A stretch of 64,000 nt of DNA from Verrucomicrobiia bacterium. GTDB taxonomy: Bacteria; Verrucomicrobiota; Verrucomicrobiia; Opitutales; Cerasicoccaceae. Every line of letters starts with the position of its first letter. The first letter of the stretch is position 1. A program made the position numbers and the translations under genes. This document shows, piece by piece, positions 27,555 to 37,722 of the stretch. The notes below the pieces were generated by a model, which was given only the letters and a program-made list of their open reading frames with translations, made no database searches and was not told the origin of the DNA. Where the stretch lies: positions 1,810 through 65,809 of the forward strand of contig JAUIAM010000014.1 of NCBI GenBank assembly GCA_030425485.1. Direction: 5' to 3'.

Positions 27555-30500
27555 ATGAAACTGCTCAAATGGATTCTCATCATCGTTGCCGTTCTCGTCC
27601 TGCTAGTGGTCGGGGGCGTTACCTTTATTCTGACCAACGCGGGCTTGCAGAAGTCCATCGTGAAAGGCGAGCTGGAGAAGCACGTCGAGGTGAAGGAGCT
27701 GGGTTACTTTAAAGCGGGCCTGAGCGAGCTGACGATTGAGTCGCTCGAAATCGTCAAGGACGGCAAGGTCGTCACGCTGGACAAGGCCGTGGTCAAGTAC
27801 TCGGTCTTTGACATGCTCTTTGGCAGCGAAATCCGCATCGACGACTTGCTGGTAGCCGGGTTGGTGGTGGATGCGCGTTCGGAGACGCTGGCCAGTGCGC
27901 CGACGACGCCCGCTACCCCGACGGAAACAGCACCCGTGCCCAGTGAGCCCAAGCATCCGGTGGCCAAGCAAGAGCACGCCGATGACGATGACGAAGACCG
28001 CGACGATGAGCATGAAATCGAGCCCTTCGATTTTGACGGCATCTTTTCCAAAGTCCCCGAGGTGCGCGTCATCGTCGGCACGGTTTCGGTGGAGGCCAAG
28101 GTTTACAGCAACGATGGCAAGGAGATCGACTTTAAGGCGAGCGGGGGCGGGATTGGCCCCGGGAAACAAGGCGAACTCGCTATGACCATCGACTTCGTCG
28201 ATACCGCCCATGGTGCCCAGTTAAGCACGGCTACGGTCAAGGGCAAGCTGGCCGTGACTCAGGATGAAGCAGGGGCCTTCAATGCGATTTTTGCGACTAT
28301 CGATTTGGAGGCCGAGAGCACCCAGGTAGAAGACGCGCCCGGTCTGAACTTTGTCATGGATCTCAAGCGGGAGGCCAGCGGGGTCGAAAGTTATCAGCTC
28401 AGCCTGAAAGAGTCGGGGCAGGGGAGTGCGCCGCTGTTGTCGGTTGAGGCCAGCTTTAACCCCGAGACGGATATCCTGCAGGGCACGGGCTCACTTCAGG
28501 CCGAGCATACGCAAGTGGCCGGGCTCGTCGATGCCAGCACGACGCCGGAATTTGCGCTGAAGGGAGAGCTTAAATTTCAGGGCAACACCGAGACGCACGA
28601 GTCGAGCCTCACGGCTAACCTCAACCTTTTGCTTAATGAACTGGCCCGCGTGCGCGACGAATTGGCCGGGCTGGGACAGGTTGAGTTCGTGGCTGAGCTC
28701 GATGCGAAGGCCGACCTTGACGAGCTGACGCTGAGCAAAGCGGACGTCAGCCTGAACAGCTCCAGCCAGGGCAAGCTCTTGCTCGTCGAGCTGCTCCAGA
28801 CGCTCAAGGTGCCCATGCAAAAGGGGGAGAAATTACCTGAGCTGGAGGGCGAGCTTCTCCGCGTCAGCGTCAATCGCCTGCCATTTTCCCTCATCGAGCC
28901 GTGGGTGCCGGGTATGCAGCTTTCCGGGCAACCGTTTACGACGCAGGCCGTGCTCAGTGCCGACGATGAGCGCTACACCCTGGCTTTCCCCCAGGGCCTG
29001 AAGGTCAACAATCTCTCCGTGGTCAAGGACGGCCAGCCCATGCTGGACAAGCTGTGGATCGCCGTTGAGGGCACGGCAACGCTCGACGACGAGCACATGG
29101 ACCTCTCGCTGACCGACATCCGCATGCTGCACGACGCGGTGCCTTTCTTTCAGGGTAAATTAGCCGTGCGAGTCCCGACGAAGTCCAAGGACGGCTTTGC
29201 CGGGACGGTGCGCTACGAGCTCGACGGCGACCTCGCCATCCTGCTCAAGCAGCCCGCGCTCATCCGCTATAATAATGTGGCTGCGGGCACCGTGGAGTCA
29301 GCCGGTACGGTTGACCTCGGGGCCAAGACGATCGACCTCAATCTTGCACTCAAGCAACTGCTCCTGCGTGAGCCCATGAAGCAAATCAGCTCCCTGGAGT
29401 TCGCGGCCAAGGGCTCGATCGACTACCCGCGTGAGGTGGACATCACCGCGCCGCTCGCAGCCAAGTCGCCCGAGGGGAATACAGACGTCACCCTGACGGC
29501 CAAGCTGAGCAAGCCCGCGGAGACGCTGAACTTTGACGTCAAGCTGGAGGGGCCGCAGCTCGATGCAGACAGCCTCATGTTATTGGCTACCGCTTTTAAG
29601 AACCCGCAGGCACCGCAGGTCGCAGCTTCCCCGGCACCTTCCGCTCCAGCCCCGACAGCTCCGTCTGCCAAGCCCGCTCAGACTAGCCCGCAAAAGCCGA
29701 GTATTCCGATGGGCCCCGGCCCGGTCCTGCTCGGCCCGGATGGCAAGCCGCTGCCTGCTCCGGACGCGGTGCCATTCTGGCACGGGAATAAGGGCACGTT
29801 GTCGGTTAAGGTGGACAAGCTTTACTACACCAGCTACCGGCTGGACAAGGCCACGCTGCTGGTCAAGGTCGAGGAGGCCAAGCTCACCGTCGATCCGCTT
29901 TCGGCGGAGTTCACGGGAGCACCGCTCAAGGCCGACACGGTCATCACCTTTACGCAGGGCAGCAATAACCCCTACGATCTCGTCAGCAACCTGACCTTTA
30001 CCGAGTTCGACTTGGGCAAGTTCCTGGTCGATGGCCAGCGCGGCAAGGTCGCTCCAGTCACGGGTATGTTTAATGTCAAGGGGCAGGCCACTGGACAGGG
30101 CCCGACCATGAACGTGCTGATGCAGCAACTCCAGGGGGCCTTTAATCTGGAAGGCCGCAACGGCTCACTGCGCATGCTGGCGTCCACGCCGGGCGGCAAT
30201 GAAGTGGGCCAGGCGCTACAGGGCGTGGCCGGGATCGCGTCGCTCATCACCGGGGGTGAGAATAAGCAGGTCAACACGATCAGCGAGATCACCCAGCTCC
30301 TCCAGCAGCTCGACTACAACCGCATGACGCTGGACGTAAAACGCGGCCAGGACCTGAACATCAACTTGAACGAAATCGCCCTGATTGGTAACCAGATCAA
30401 GCTCACGGGCAACGGCGTCGTTACCCATGTCGCCGGGACCTCCGTGACCAAGCAGCCGCTCAAGGCCGAAATGCTCCTGCTGGCCAAGGGCTCCACGGCG

Positions 30501-30761
30501 GAGATGTTCCAGGAGGTCAAGATGTTGACCGATGTGCAGGACAGCGACGGCTTTTATCAGGCCTTCCGCTTCCCGATCACGGGTACGCTTTCCAGCCCGA
30601 ACTACGACAAGCTCAAGGAGCGCCTGGGGCAGGCGGCAGTAGAATTTGCCCAGAGCCTGGGCAAGAGCAACTCCGGCAGCGAAACCGAAGAGAGTACGGA
30701 GAAGAAGCAGAGCACCGGCCAGAAGGCCATCAACAGTATTTTCAATAACCTCCTCAAGTAA
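27555..30761 (+). CDS. AsmA/TamB-like large envelope protein
   Basis: N-terminal signal-anchor MKLLKWILIIVAVLVLLVVGG, a >1000 aa beta-rich body with two low-complexity linkers (acidic; Pro/Ala-rich) and an AsmA-like C-terminal region. Confidence 0.5.
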   Translation: MKLLKWILIIVAVLVLLVVGGVTFILTNAGLQKSIVKGELEKHVEVKELGYFKAGLSELTIESLEIVKDGKVVTLDKAVVKYSVFDMLFGSEIRIDDLLVAGLVVDARSETLASAPTTPATPTETAPVPSEPKHPVAKQEHADDDDEDRDDEHEIEPFDFDGIFSKVPEVRVIVGTVSVEAKVYSNDGKEIDFKASGGGIGPGKQGELAMTIDFVDTAHGAQLSTATVKGKLAVTQDEAGAFNAIFATIDLEAESTQVEDAPGLNFVMDLKREASGVESYQLSLKESGQGSAPLLSVEASFNPETDILQGTGSLQAEHTQVAGLVDASTTPEFALKGELKFQGNTETHESSLTANLNLLLNELARVRDELAGLGQVEFVAELDAKADLDELTLSKADVSLNSSSQGKLLLVELLQTLKVPMQKGEKLPELEGELLRVSVNRLPFSLIEPWVPGMQLSGQPFTTQAVLSADDERYTLAFPQGLKVNNLSVVKDGQPMLDKLWIAVEGTATLDDEHMDLSLTDIRMLHDAVPFFQGKLAVRVPTKSKDGFAGTVRYELDGDLAILLKQPALIRYNNVAAGTVESAGTVDLGAKTIDLNLALKQLLLREPMKQISSLEFAAKGSIDYPREVDITAPLAAKSPEGNTDVTLTAKLSKPAETLNFDVKLEGPQLDADSLMLLATAFKNPQAPQVAASPAPSAPAPTAPSAKPAQTSPQKPSIPMGPGPVLLGPDGKPLPAPDAVPFWHGNKGTLSVKVDKLYYTSYRLDKATLLVKVEEAKLTVDPLSAEFTGAPLKADTVITFTQGSNNPYDLVSNLTFTEFDLGKFLVDGQRGKVAPVTGMFNVKGQATGQGPTMNVLMQQLQGAFNLEGRNGSLRMLASTPGGNEVGQALQGVAGIASLITGGENKQVNTISEITQLLQQLDYNRMTLDVKRGQDLNINLNEIALIGNQIKLTGNGVVTHVAGTSVTKQPLKAEMLLLAKGSTAEMFQEVKMLTDVQDSDGFYQAFRFPITGTLSSPNYDKLKERLGQAAVEFAQSLGKSNSGSETEESTEKKQSTGQKAINSIFNNLLK

Positions 30762-30764
30762 GCA

Positions 30765-32066
30765 GTGATCGATCTGCAGCAGTCATCCCTTGGCAAAGTC
30801 ACGACCCCGGCCTCGCGGCCTTTTCACGTCATGACCAAGCCGATGGGGCCGCTGTGCAACCTGGACTGCCAGTACTGCTTCTATCTCGAAAAGGAAGGTC
30901 TCTTTCCGGATAACGAGCGCTTTAAAATGCGCCCTGAGGTGCTCGAAGCCTACGTGCGTGACTACATTGCCGCGCAACCCGGGCCGCACGTCTCCTTCGC
31001 CTGGCAGGGGGGCGAGCCGACGCTGGCTGGCCTAAGGTTTTTTCGCAACGTTGTCGCGCTGCAGAAGAAGTACGCCGCCGGTAAGCAGATCGAGAATGCC
31101 CTCCAGACCAACGGGACCTTACTTAATGAGGACTGGTGTCACTTCTTGCGGGACGAGAACTTCCTTGTGGGGATCAGTATTGACGGGCCGGAGGCGATGC
31201 ACGACACCGGGCGCATTGACAAGCAGGGACGCTCCAGCTACCGCGAGGTCATGCGGGGCATTGAGCTGCTCCGTAAACACCGGGTGGAGTTCAACACCCT
31301 GACCGTGGTCAGCACGACCAACGCTCACGCCCCGCTGGAGGTTTACAAATTTCTCCGCAACATCGGCTCGAACTACCTGCAGTTCATTCCCATTGTGGAG
31401 CAGGCACCCGATGCCGAGTCCGCCGCGCTGGGGCTGAGCCTGGGCACTCCGCCGGACCTCGATCATCCGCCCGCTGGGCGCGTGCAGCCACAGGTGACGA
31501 AGTGGTCCGTTCCCCCGCGAGACTGGGGAGCGTTTCTGTGCAAGATTTTCGACCGTTGGGTCACCCGCGATGTGGGCCGCACTTATGTGCAGCACTTCGA
31601 CGTCGCGCTGGGCAAGTGGCTCGGCATGCCCGGTGGCAGTTGCATCCAGGCCGAGACGTGCGGCGCGGCCTTTGCCCTGGAGCACAACGGCGATGTCTAC
31701 GCCTGCGACCACTTTGTTTACCCGCGTTACAAGCTGGGCAACCTGCTCAACACCTCGCTGTCCGAGCTGGCCGATGGCCCGATGGCGAGGAAGTTTGGCA
31801 ATGACAAGCGCGATAAACTTCCGCGCTATTGTCGCGAGTGCGAGGTCCGCTTTGCTTGCAACGGTGATTGCCCCAAGCACCGCTTTGCTTACACTCCGGA
31901 CGGCGAGTATGGGCTGAGCTACATTTGCGCAGGTTACATGGCTTTTTTTAAGCACATCGGCCCAGCTATGAAAGTCATGGCCCAGCTCTATCAGCAGCAG
32001 CGTTCGCCTGCTGAGATCATGACGCTCATCAAGCAGGGCAAGGTCAAGCTGCCTCGCAGGGCATAG
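30765..32066 (+). CDS. Anaerobic sulfatase-maturating enzyme (radical SAM / SPASM)
   Basis: FHVMTKPMGPLCNLDCQYCFY, a GGEPTL motif and a C-terminal Cys-rich SPASM region (CRECEVRFACNGDCPKHR). GTG start 4 nt after the asmA-like stop. Confidence 0.8.
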   Translation: MIDLQQSSLGKVTTPASRPFHVMTKPMGPLCNLDCQYCFYLEKEGLFPDNERFKMRPEVLEAYVRDYIAAQPGPHVSFAWQGGEPTLAGLRFFRNVVALQKKYAAGKQIENALQTNGTLLNEDWCHFLRDENFLVGISIDGPEAMHDTGRIDKQGRSSYREVMRGIELLRKHRVEFNTLTVVSTTNAHAPLEVYKFLRNIGSNYLQFIPIVEQAPDAESAALGLSLGTPPDLDHPPAGRVQPQVTKWSVPPRDWGAFLCKIFDRWVTRDVGRTYVQHFDVALGKWLGMPGGSCIQAETCGAAFALEHNGDVYACDHFVYPRYKLGNLLNTSLSELADGPMARKFGNDKRDKLPRYCRECEVRFACNGDCPKHRFAYTPDGEYGLSYICAGYMAFFKHIGPAMKVMAQLYQQQRSPAEIMTLIKQGKVKLPRRA

Positions 32067-32099
32067 CCTTGCACCTGTGATACACGGCCAGATTCGGGT

Positions 32100-32116
32100 C
32101 AAGCGCCGAGCGCTTG
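32100..32116. terminator. Hairpin between the convergent anSME and cls genes (possible bidirectional terminator)
   Basis: CAAGCGC-CGA-GCGCTTG, a perfect 7-bp stem abutting the cls stop codon. There is no flanking U-run, so the call is weak. Confidence 0.3.
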
Positions 32117-33577
32117 TTAGAGCAAAGGTCCGGTCAGGCGCAGCGTGTTTTCCAGCAGGCGAAGCCGGAAGGGGCGGCGTTTCCACTCGGCCAGGTGGAG
32201 CATCTCCGACTGGTCGATGTAGCTTTGCTGGACAGCGCGCAGGCGTCCGGCGAAGTCCTCATCGTAGACAAAGAGCGTGACCTCCTGGTTCAGCCAGAGG
32301 CTGCGCTGGTCGAGGTTCACCGAGCCGATCAGCCCGATGTTGCCGTCCATGGTCACGGTCTTGGAGTGGAGCAGGCCGCCGGTAAAGAGCGCGATGCGCA
32401 CGCCGCCTTCGAGCAGCTCTTCGAAGTAGGCCCGGCTGGCGTGATGGACCAGACGGGAGTCGACCTTCTTCGGCATGATGAGGGTCACGTCCACCCCGCG
32501 CATGACGGCGGATACGAGCGCGATCTGCACGGCTTCGTCGGGGACGAAGTACGGCGTGGTCAAGACGAGCTCTTCCTTGGCCAGATAGATCGCGGTCAGG
32601 ATACTCTGGTAGCTGGAGCGGTTAAAAAAGCCCGGGCCGGAGGGAACGACCTGCACGTAGGCATCGCCCACGGGGTCGAGCTCCTTCATGCCGCCCTCGG
32701 TCTTGATGCGGTCGATGCTCATGCCGGTCTCGACGCTCCAGTCGGCCAGAAAAACCACGGCCAGCGCCTCGACCACGGGGCCGCGCACCCGGACCATGCT
32801 GTCCACCCATTGGCCGACGTCGGCATCCGCTTTAAAGTAGCGTGAATCCACGAGGTTCAGGCTCCCGGTGTAGGCCAGCTCGCCATCGATGACGACGATC
32901 TTGCGGTGCAGGCGCAGGTCCTGTCGACGGTAAAAAGACTTGAGCCAGCGCACGGGCAGGGCCTCGGCGATGTCGACCCCGGCGGCGCGGGCCTTCTTGC
33001 ACAGGTCGCTTCTGAGGAACTCGTGACTGCCAATGGAGTCGAGCAGGATGCGGCAGCGCACGCCGCGCTTGCTGGCCTCCATCACGGCGGCCATGACCTC
33101 GTCGGCTAGGCCGCCGAGGTGCCAGATGTAGAACTCCATGTGGATGCGCTGGGTGGCTTGCTGGATATCGTCGATCATTCGGCGCAAAATGTCCTGGCAG
33201 TTGTCCAGCAGCTCAAGGTCGTTGCCGGGCAGGGTGGGGAGGCTCACTGCGCTAAAGGCTTGCCGGGAGAGCGGCATGGCGGCCTCGGCCCGGTTGGTCC
33301 AGTCGAGTTGAAAGCGCTGCTTGCGCTCGTTAATCCACTGCTTATAGGGCTGGATGACGAGGGCGGCGTTTTCCGTGCGATTGCGCCCGAGGTGGATTTC
33401 GCCAAAAATGAAATACACCACCGAGCCAAATACCGGCACGAGGCAGATCAAGGTCAACCAGGCCAGTGAAACGCCGACCGGGCGGCGGCGCATAATAACC
33501 CGCAGCCCAAAGCCAATTGCCAGTGTCCAGTGGAGGAGAAAAAAGAGATCCACAGCGCCATCCGTGTGTTCCAACAT
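32117..33577 (-). CDS. cls: Cardiolipin synthase (PLD superfamily)
   Basis: Two N-terminal TM helices and two HKD motifs (LHRKIVVIDG...; LHSKTVTMDG...GSVNLD). Confidence 0.9.
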   Translation of the reverse strand: MLEHTDGAVDLFFLLHWTLAIGFGLRVIMRRRPVGVSLAWLTLICLVPVFGSVVYFIFGEIHLGRNRTENAALVIQPYKQWINERKQRFQLDWTNRAEAAMPLSRQAFSAVSLPTLPGNDLELLDNCQDILRRMIDDIQQATQRIHMEFYIWHLGGLADEVMAAVMEASKRGVRCRILLDSIGSHEFLRSDLCKKARAAGVDIAEALPVRWLKSFYRRQDLRLHRKIVVIDGELAYTGSLNLVDSRYFKADADVGQWVDSMVRVRGPVVEALAVVFLADWSVETGMSIDRIKTEGGMKELDPVGDAYVQVVPSGPGFFNRSSYQSILTAIYLAKEELVLTTPYFVPDEAVQIALVSAVMRGVDVTLIMPKKVDSRLVHHASRAYFEELLEGGVRIALFTGGLLHSKTVTMDGNIGLIGSVNLDQRSLWLNQEVTLFVYDEDFAGRLRAVQQSYIDQSEMLHLAEWKRRPFRLRLLENTLRLTGPLL

Positions 33578-33698
33578 GGGGGTGGTTTTACGCGTGAATG
33601 CTGCTGTCTAGCAATGCTTAAGCTTATCAGAGAGAGAAACCCGATTTTTGCTTGCATCACCCCCGGTGCGTGGCAGATTTAACCGCTTACCCTTTCTG

Positions 33699-34445
33699 AT
33701 GAAGCTGACTTTTGACAATCGTGTAGCGGTGGTGACCGGGGCTGGACGTGGCATTGGCCGCTCCATCGCCGAAGGCCTGGCCGCCGAGGGTGTTCACGTG
33801 GTTTGCGTGAGCCGTAATCCCGACTCCTGCGGTGCCGCTGCGGAGGCAATCAAGGCCAACGGTGGCAAGGCTTCCTCGCTGGCCATTGATGTGTCAGACG
33901 GCAAGGCCGTGGCAGAGGCTTGCGAAGCCCTCATCGAGGAGCACCAGAACATCGACATCCTCGTCAACAACGCCGGGATCACCCGTGACACGCTGCTCAT
34001 GCGCATGACGGACGAGGACTGGCACGACGTTATTTCCACCAACCTCTCCAGCTGTTTTTACTGGGCCAAGGGCCTGCTGCGTCCCATGACCAAGAAACGC
34101 TGGGGCCGCGTGATAAACATTTCCTCCGTCGTCGGCATCATGGGCAATGCCGGGCAGGTCAACTACGGTTCCGCCAAGGCGGGCATCTTTGGCATGACCA
34201 AGTCCATGGCTCGCGAAGTCGCCTCGCGCAACATCACCGTCAACGCGGTGGCACCGGGCTTTATCGAGACCGACATGACGGGCAAGCTGAGCGACGAAAT
34301 CGCTGAAGGTGCCAAGAAAATGGTCCCCCTCAAGCGTTTCGGTAAGCCGGAAGAAATCTCTAACATGGTCACCTACCTCGCATCCGAAGAAGCCGGTTAT
34401 ATCACCGGGCAAACTTTTACGGTTGACGGCGGCATGGCGATGTAA
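33699..34445 (+). CDS. fabG: 3-oxoacyl-ACP reductase
   Basis: VVTGAGRGIG, NNAGI and the YGSAKAG catalytic motif, upstream of acpP. ATG 33699 (MKLTFDNRVAVV) is preferred. Confidence 0.9.
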   Translation: MKLTFDNRVAVVTGAGRGIGRSIAEGLAAEGVHVVCVSRNPDSCGAAAEAIKANGGKASSLAIDVSDGKAVAEACEALIEEHQNIDILVNNAGITRDTLLMRMTDEDWHDVISTNLSSCFYWAKGLLRPMTKKRWGRVINISSVVGIMGNAGQVNYGSAKAGIFGMTKSMAREVASRNITVNAVAPGFIETDMTGKLSDEIAEGAKKMVPLKRFGKPEEISNMVTYLASEEAGYITGQTFTVDGGMAM

Positions 34446-34478
34446 ACAACTGAACCATTTATTCAAACCCTCTAAATT

Positions 34479-34736
34479 ATGGCCGACAAAACGATCGAAG
34501 AACGCGTGACTGAAATCATCGTTACCCAGCTCAACAAGAATGAAGAGCAGGTAACTCCCGAAGCTTCCTTTATGGATGACCTCGGTGCCGACTCCCTCGA
34601 CCTGGTCGAACTGGTGATGGCTTTCGAAGAAGAGTTCAAGGATGAGATCAATGGCGAAATCCCCGAGTCCGACGCTGAAAAGCTGCGCACCGTGGGCGAC
34701 GTCATCGCTTACGTTAAAGAAAAGTCTCAGGGCTAA
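34479..34736 (+). CDS. acpP: Acyl carrier protein
   Basis: [19 protein letters not shown] phosphopantetheine-attachment motif; 85 aa. Confidence 0.95.
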   Translation: MADKTIEERVTEIIVTQLNKNEEQVTPEASFMDDLGADSLDLVELVMAFEEEFKDEINGEIPESDAEKLRTVGDVIAYVKEKSQG

Positions 34737-34777
34737 CCCGACGCGAACCCTTCGCGTTCGCTGTTGTCATTTGTTGA

Positions 34778-36034
34778 ATGGATTCTAACCAATCAATACC
34801 CAAGGTGGTCGTCACAGGCCTCGGGGTCGTTACCTCGCTGGGCCACGACGTAGACACCTTTTGGGAAAACCTCCTCGCTGGTAAAAGCGGCATCCGCCGT
34901 GTCCAAACCATGGACGCCAGCCAGCTCCCCTGTCAGGTAGCCGCGGAAGTCCTCGACTTCCAGGCTTCTGACTACATGGACGGCAAGGAGGCCAAGCGTA
35001 ACGACCTCTATACGCACTATGCGATGGCGGCCTCTCGGCTCGCCTTGAAGGATGGCGGCCTCGATCACGAGGCTTGGGATCCGGATCGCGTGGGCGTTGT
35101 CATCGGCTCCGGCATCGGTGGTATGAATACCATCGAAACGCAGAGCCACCGACTCTACGAGGGCGGTCCGCGCAAGATTTCTCCATTCATGATCCCTTCA
35201 CTCATTGCCAACATCGCCTCGGGCATTGTGGCAATCGAGTTTAACGCGCGCGGCCCAAACCTCTCGGTCGTAAGCGCCTGCTCGACAGGAGCTCACGCCA
35301 TCGGCGAGGCCATGCACATGCTTAAGCGCGGCGATGCAGACATCATGCTCGCCGGCGGTAGCGAAGCGGCCATTACCATGCTCGGCATGGGCGGCTTCTG
35401 CTCCATGCGCGCCATGAGCACCAAGTACAACGACAACCCCACTGAGGCCAGCCGTCCCTTCGATAAGGGCCGCGACGGCTTCGTCATGGGCGATGGGGCA
35501 GGGGTGCTCGTTCTCGAAACCGAAGCTCACGCCAAGGCCCGTGGGGCGAAAATTTACGCAGAACTGGCGGGCTACGCCACCACCTGCGATGCGCACCACA
35601 TCACCATGCCGGCACCGGATGGTTCCGGTCTGGCCAAGTGCATCACCCGCGCCCTCAACTTTGCCCAGATCAAGCCCGAGGACGTGGACTATGTGAATGC
35701 CCACGGCACTTCCACGCCCTACAATGACAAGTTTGAAACCGCGGCACTGAAGCTGGCCTTCGGCGACCACGCGCACAAGCTGATGGTCAGCTCGACCAAG
35801 TCCATGACCGGACACCTGCTGGGAGCTGCTGGTGGCGTCGAAGCAGCAGCAGCGTGCAAAACCATTGCAGATCAAGTCGTTGCACCTACGATCAATCAGG
35901 TCGAAGCCGACCCGGATTGCGACCTCGACTACGTGGCCAATACCAAGCGTGAGGCCAAGGTTGACGTCATCGTGAGCAATAACTCCGGCTTTGGTGGGCA
36001 TAACGCCTCACTCGTATTCCGCAAGTACGCCTAA
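34778..36034 (+). CDS. fabF: Beta-ketoacyl-ACP synthase II
   Basis: VVTGLGVVT..., active-site SACSTGAH, NAHGTSTP and GHLLGAAG. Confidence 0.95.
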   Translation: MDSNQSIPKVVVTGLGVVTSLGHDVDTFWENLLAGKSGIRRVQTMDASQLPCQVAAEVLDFQASDYMDGKEAKRNDLYTHYAMAASRLALKDGGLDHEAWDPDRVGVVIGSGIGGMNTIETQSHRLYEGGPRKISPFMIPSLIANIASGIVAIEFNARGPNLSVVSACSTGAHAIGEAMHMLKRGDADIMLAGGSEAAITMLGMGGFCSMRAMSTKYNDNPTEASRPFDKGRDGFVMGDGAGVLVLETEAHAKARGAKIYAELAGYATTCDAHHITMPAPDGSGLAKCITRALNFAQIKPEDVDYVNAHGTSTPYNDKFETAALKLAFGDHAHKLMVSSTKSMTGHLLGAAGGVEAAAACKTIADQVVAPTINQVEADPDCDLDYVANTKREAKVDVIVSNNSGFGGHNASLVFRKYA

Positions 36035-36329
36035 GCTGAGTTCGTGCCGCTTGCTTGCTAAGCTATTGTAAGCGAGTGCCTTGCGTGTTTGCTTTGAGCG
36101 GGGTATGCTGCGTGTATTCACGGTGGCTCAGCCTTGGTAGTATCTGTCGGGAACAGTTTGCGAGGAGCGCTTACCAATGAGCTTCCGCTCTCAGTAGACT
36201 TGATCGCCGACAAAAAACAAAGATTGCATTTTACTCGATTTTGTTATCTTGTTTTCAGGTATCGGTTTGCAGATTTATTCCCAAAGGTGGAATGAGCGCC
36301 GATTCAACCGTTTCAACTTTCTTAAAAAC

Positions 36330-37469
36330 ATGATTTTCAAACATATACCGCTAGACCGCGTCTCCTGGATTACCACCGGATTCCTCGGCATCACGCTTTT
36401 TCTGGCCCTGACCGCAGCTCCGGCCTACCTCATCATGCACGGCATGGGTGGTTTCATGGCCGCGATGTTCGCTTTCTACATGATCGCTACGGGCCTGAGC
36501 ATCACGCTCGGCTATCACCGCCTGTACTCGCACCTTTCCTTTGGTGCCAAGTGGCCCGTGCGCTTCTTCGTCCTGATCTTTGGTGCCGCAGCCTGGGAAA
36601 ACTCCGTGCTGAACTGGGCTTGTGACCACCGCCGCCACCACAAGCACGTCGACCATGACGACGACCCGTACAATATCAACAACGGCTTTTTCTTCGCCCA
36701 CATGGGCTGGCTGCTTTTCAAGCTCAATCCCGAGCCCCCGATGGACAACGTGAACGACCTGCGCAAAGACCCGTGGGTGCGCTGGCAGCACAAGTACGTC
36801 CACCTGATCGCTGTCCTGGTAGGCTTTGTCCTGCCGATGGTGCTCTGCGGCCTGTACTACCAGTCCTGGACGGCTGCCCTCGGCGGCTTGCTCATTGTAG
36901 GCATTCTGCGCACGGTACTCGTTCAGCATGCGACTTTCTGCATTAACTCGGCCTGCCACTACTTTGGCGGTCAGCCTTACTCGACCAAGCACAGCGCCCG
37001 CGACAGCTGGGTTATGGCCCTCGTTACCTACGGCGAAGGATACCACAATTACCACCACGAGTTTCAGCACGACTACCGCAACGGCGTAAAGCCTTGGCAG
37101 TTCGACCCGACCAAGTGGTCCATCTGGTTGCTTTCCAAGATTGGCATGACGTATAACCTGCGCCGCGTTTCCGAAGCCAAAATCCTGCTGGCTGAGCTGA
37201 CTGAGGCTCGCCGCCGCCTGGAGCACGGGGTTGCCTTCTGCAACAGCAAGCCCCTGACCGATGCGGCCAAGGTCAAGCTGCAGGCTTCACTCGACTACCT
37301 GCATCAGAAGCAGGAAGAGCTGGCTACGCACTATTATCAGGTGCAAAAGGGTGTGACCGAGCGCGTAGAGTTTTCCAAGTCCAAGGTGCGGGCCTGGCGT
37401 CGCGACATCCAGCACTCGCTGGATCATCTCGATCAGGTCGTGAGCCGCTTCCGCGCCGTCCGTGCCTGA
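36330..37469 (+). CDS. Membrane acyl-CoA/acyl-lipid delta-9-type fatty acid desaturase
   Basis: Three His boxes (HRLYSH, HRRHHKH, HNYHHEF) and TM helices. A roughly 90-aa helical C-terminal extension is present. ATG 36330 is preferred. Confidence 0.85.
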   Translation: MIFKHIPLDRVSWITTGFLGITLFLALTAAPAYLIMHGMGGFMAAMFAFYMIATGLSITLGYHRLYSHLSFGAKWPVRFFVLIFGAAAWENSVLNWACDHRRHHKHVDHDDDPYNINNGFFFAHMGWLLFKLNPEPPMDNVNDLRKDPWVRWQHKYVHLIAVLVGFVLPMVLCGLYYQSWTAALGGLLIVGILRTVLVQHATFCINSACHYFGGQPYSTKHSARDSWVMALVTYGEGYHNYHHEFQHDYRNGVKPWQFDPTKWSIWLLSKIGMTYNLRRVSEAKILLAELTEARRRLEHGVAFCNSKPLTDAAKVKLQASLDYLHQKQEELATHYYQVQKGVTERVEFSKSKVRAWRRDIQHSLDHLDQVVSRFRAVRA

Positions 37470-37494
37470 TGGTCGCTTGATAGCATTTTAAAAA

Positions 37495-37531
37495 GCCTCG
37501 CTGGCCCTTATATGGCAGCGGGGCTTTTTTA
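37495..37531 (+). terminator. Rho-independent terminator after the desaturase gene
   Basis: 10-bp stem (37495-37504 / 37517-37526, one G-U pair) followed by TTTTTT. Confidence 0.8.
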
Positions 37532-37722
37532 TGCCACCGTGACGGTAGTACGGCAGCGCTTGCCGCCTAGAGGCTTAAGTCAGCCAAGATAACGTCATGC
37601 GACTATTTATACCGTCTTCCCATAGCAATGATAAAGTCAGTGGACCGGGTAGGGCTACCTGTCCCAGGCAGCCGTCCCTACGAGCATCTTATCAATCATA
37701 GATAGAAATAGTCTTACACAGC

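Noticed and set aside
30765-32066. Radical SAM/SPASM enzyme considered as a possible RiPP maturase.
   Set aside because: The N-terminal FHVMTKPMGPLCNLDCQYCFY and overall layout fit anaerobic sulfatase maturases. There is no adjacent small precursor ORF, transporter or protease, and PVC bacteria are typically sulfatase-rich.
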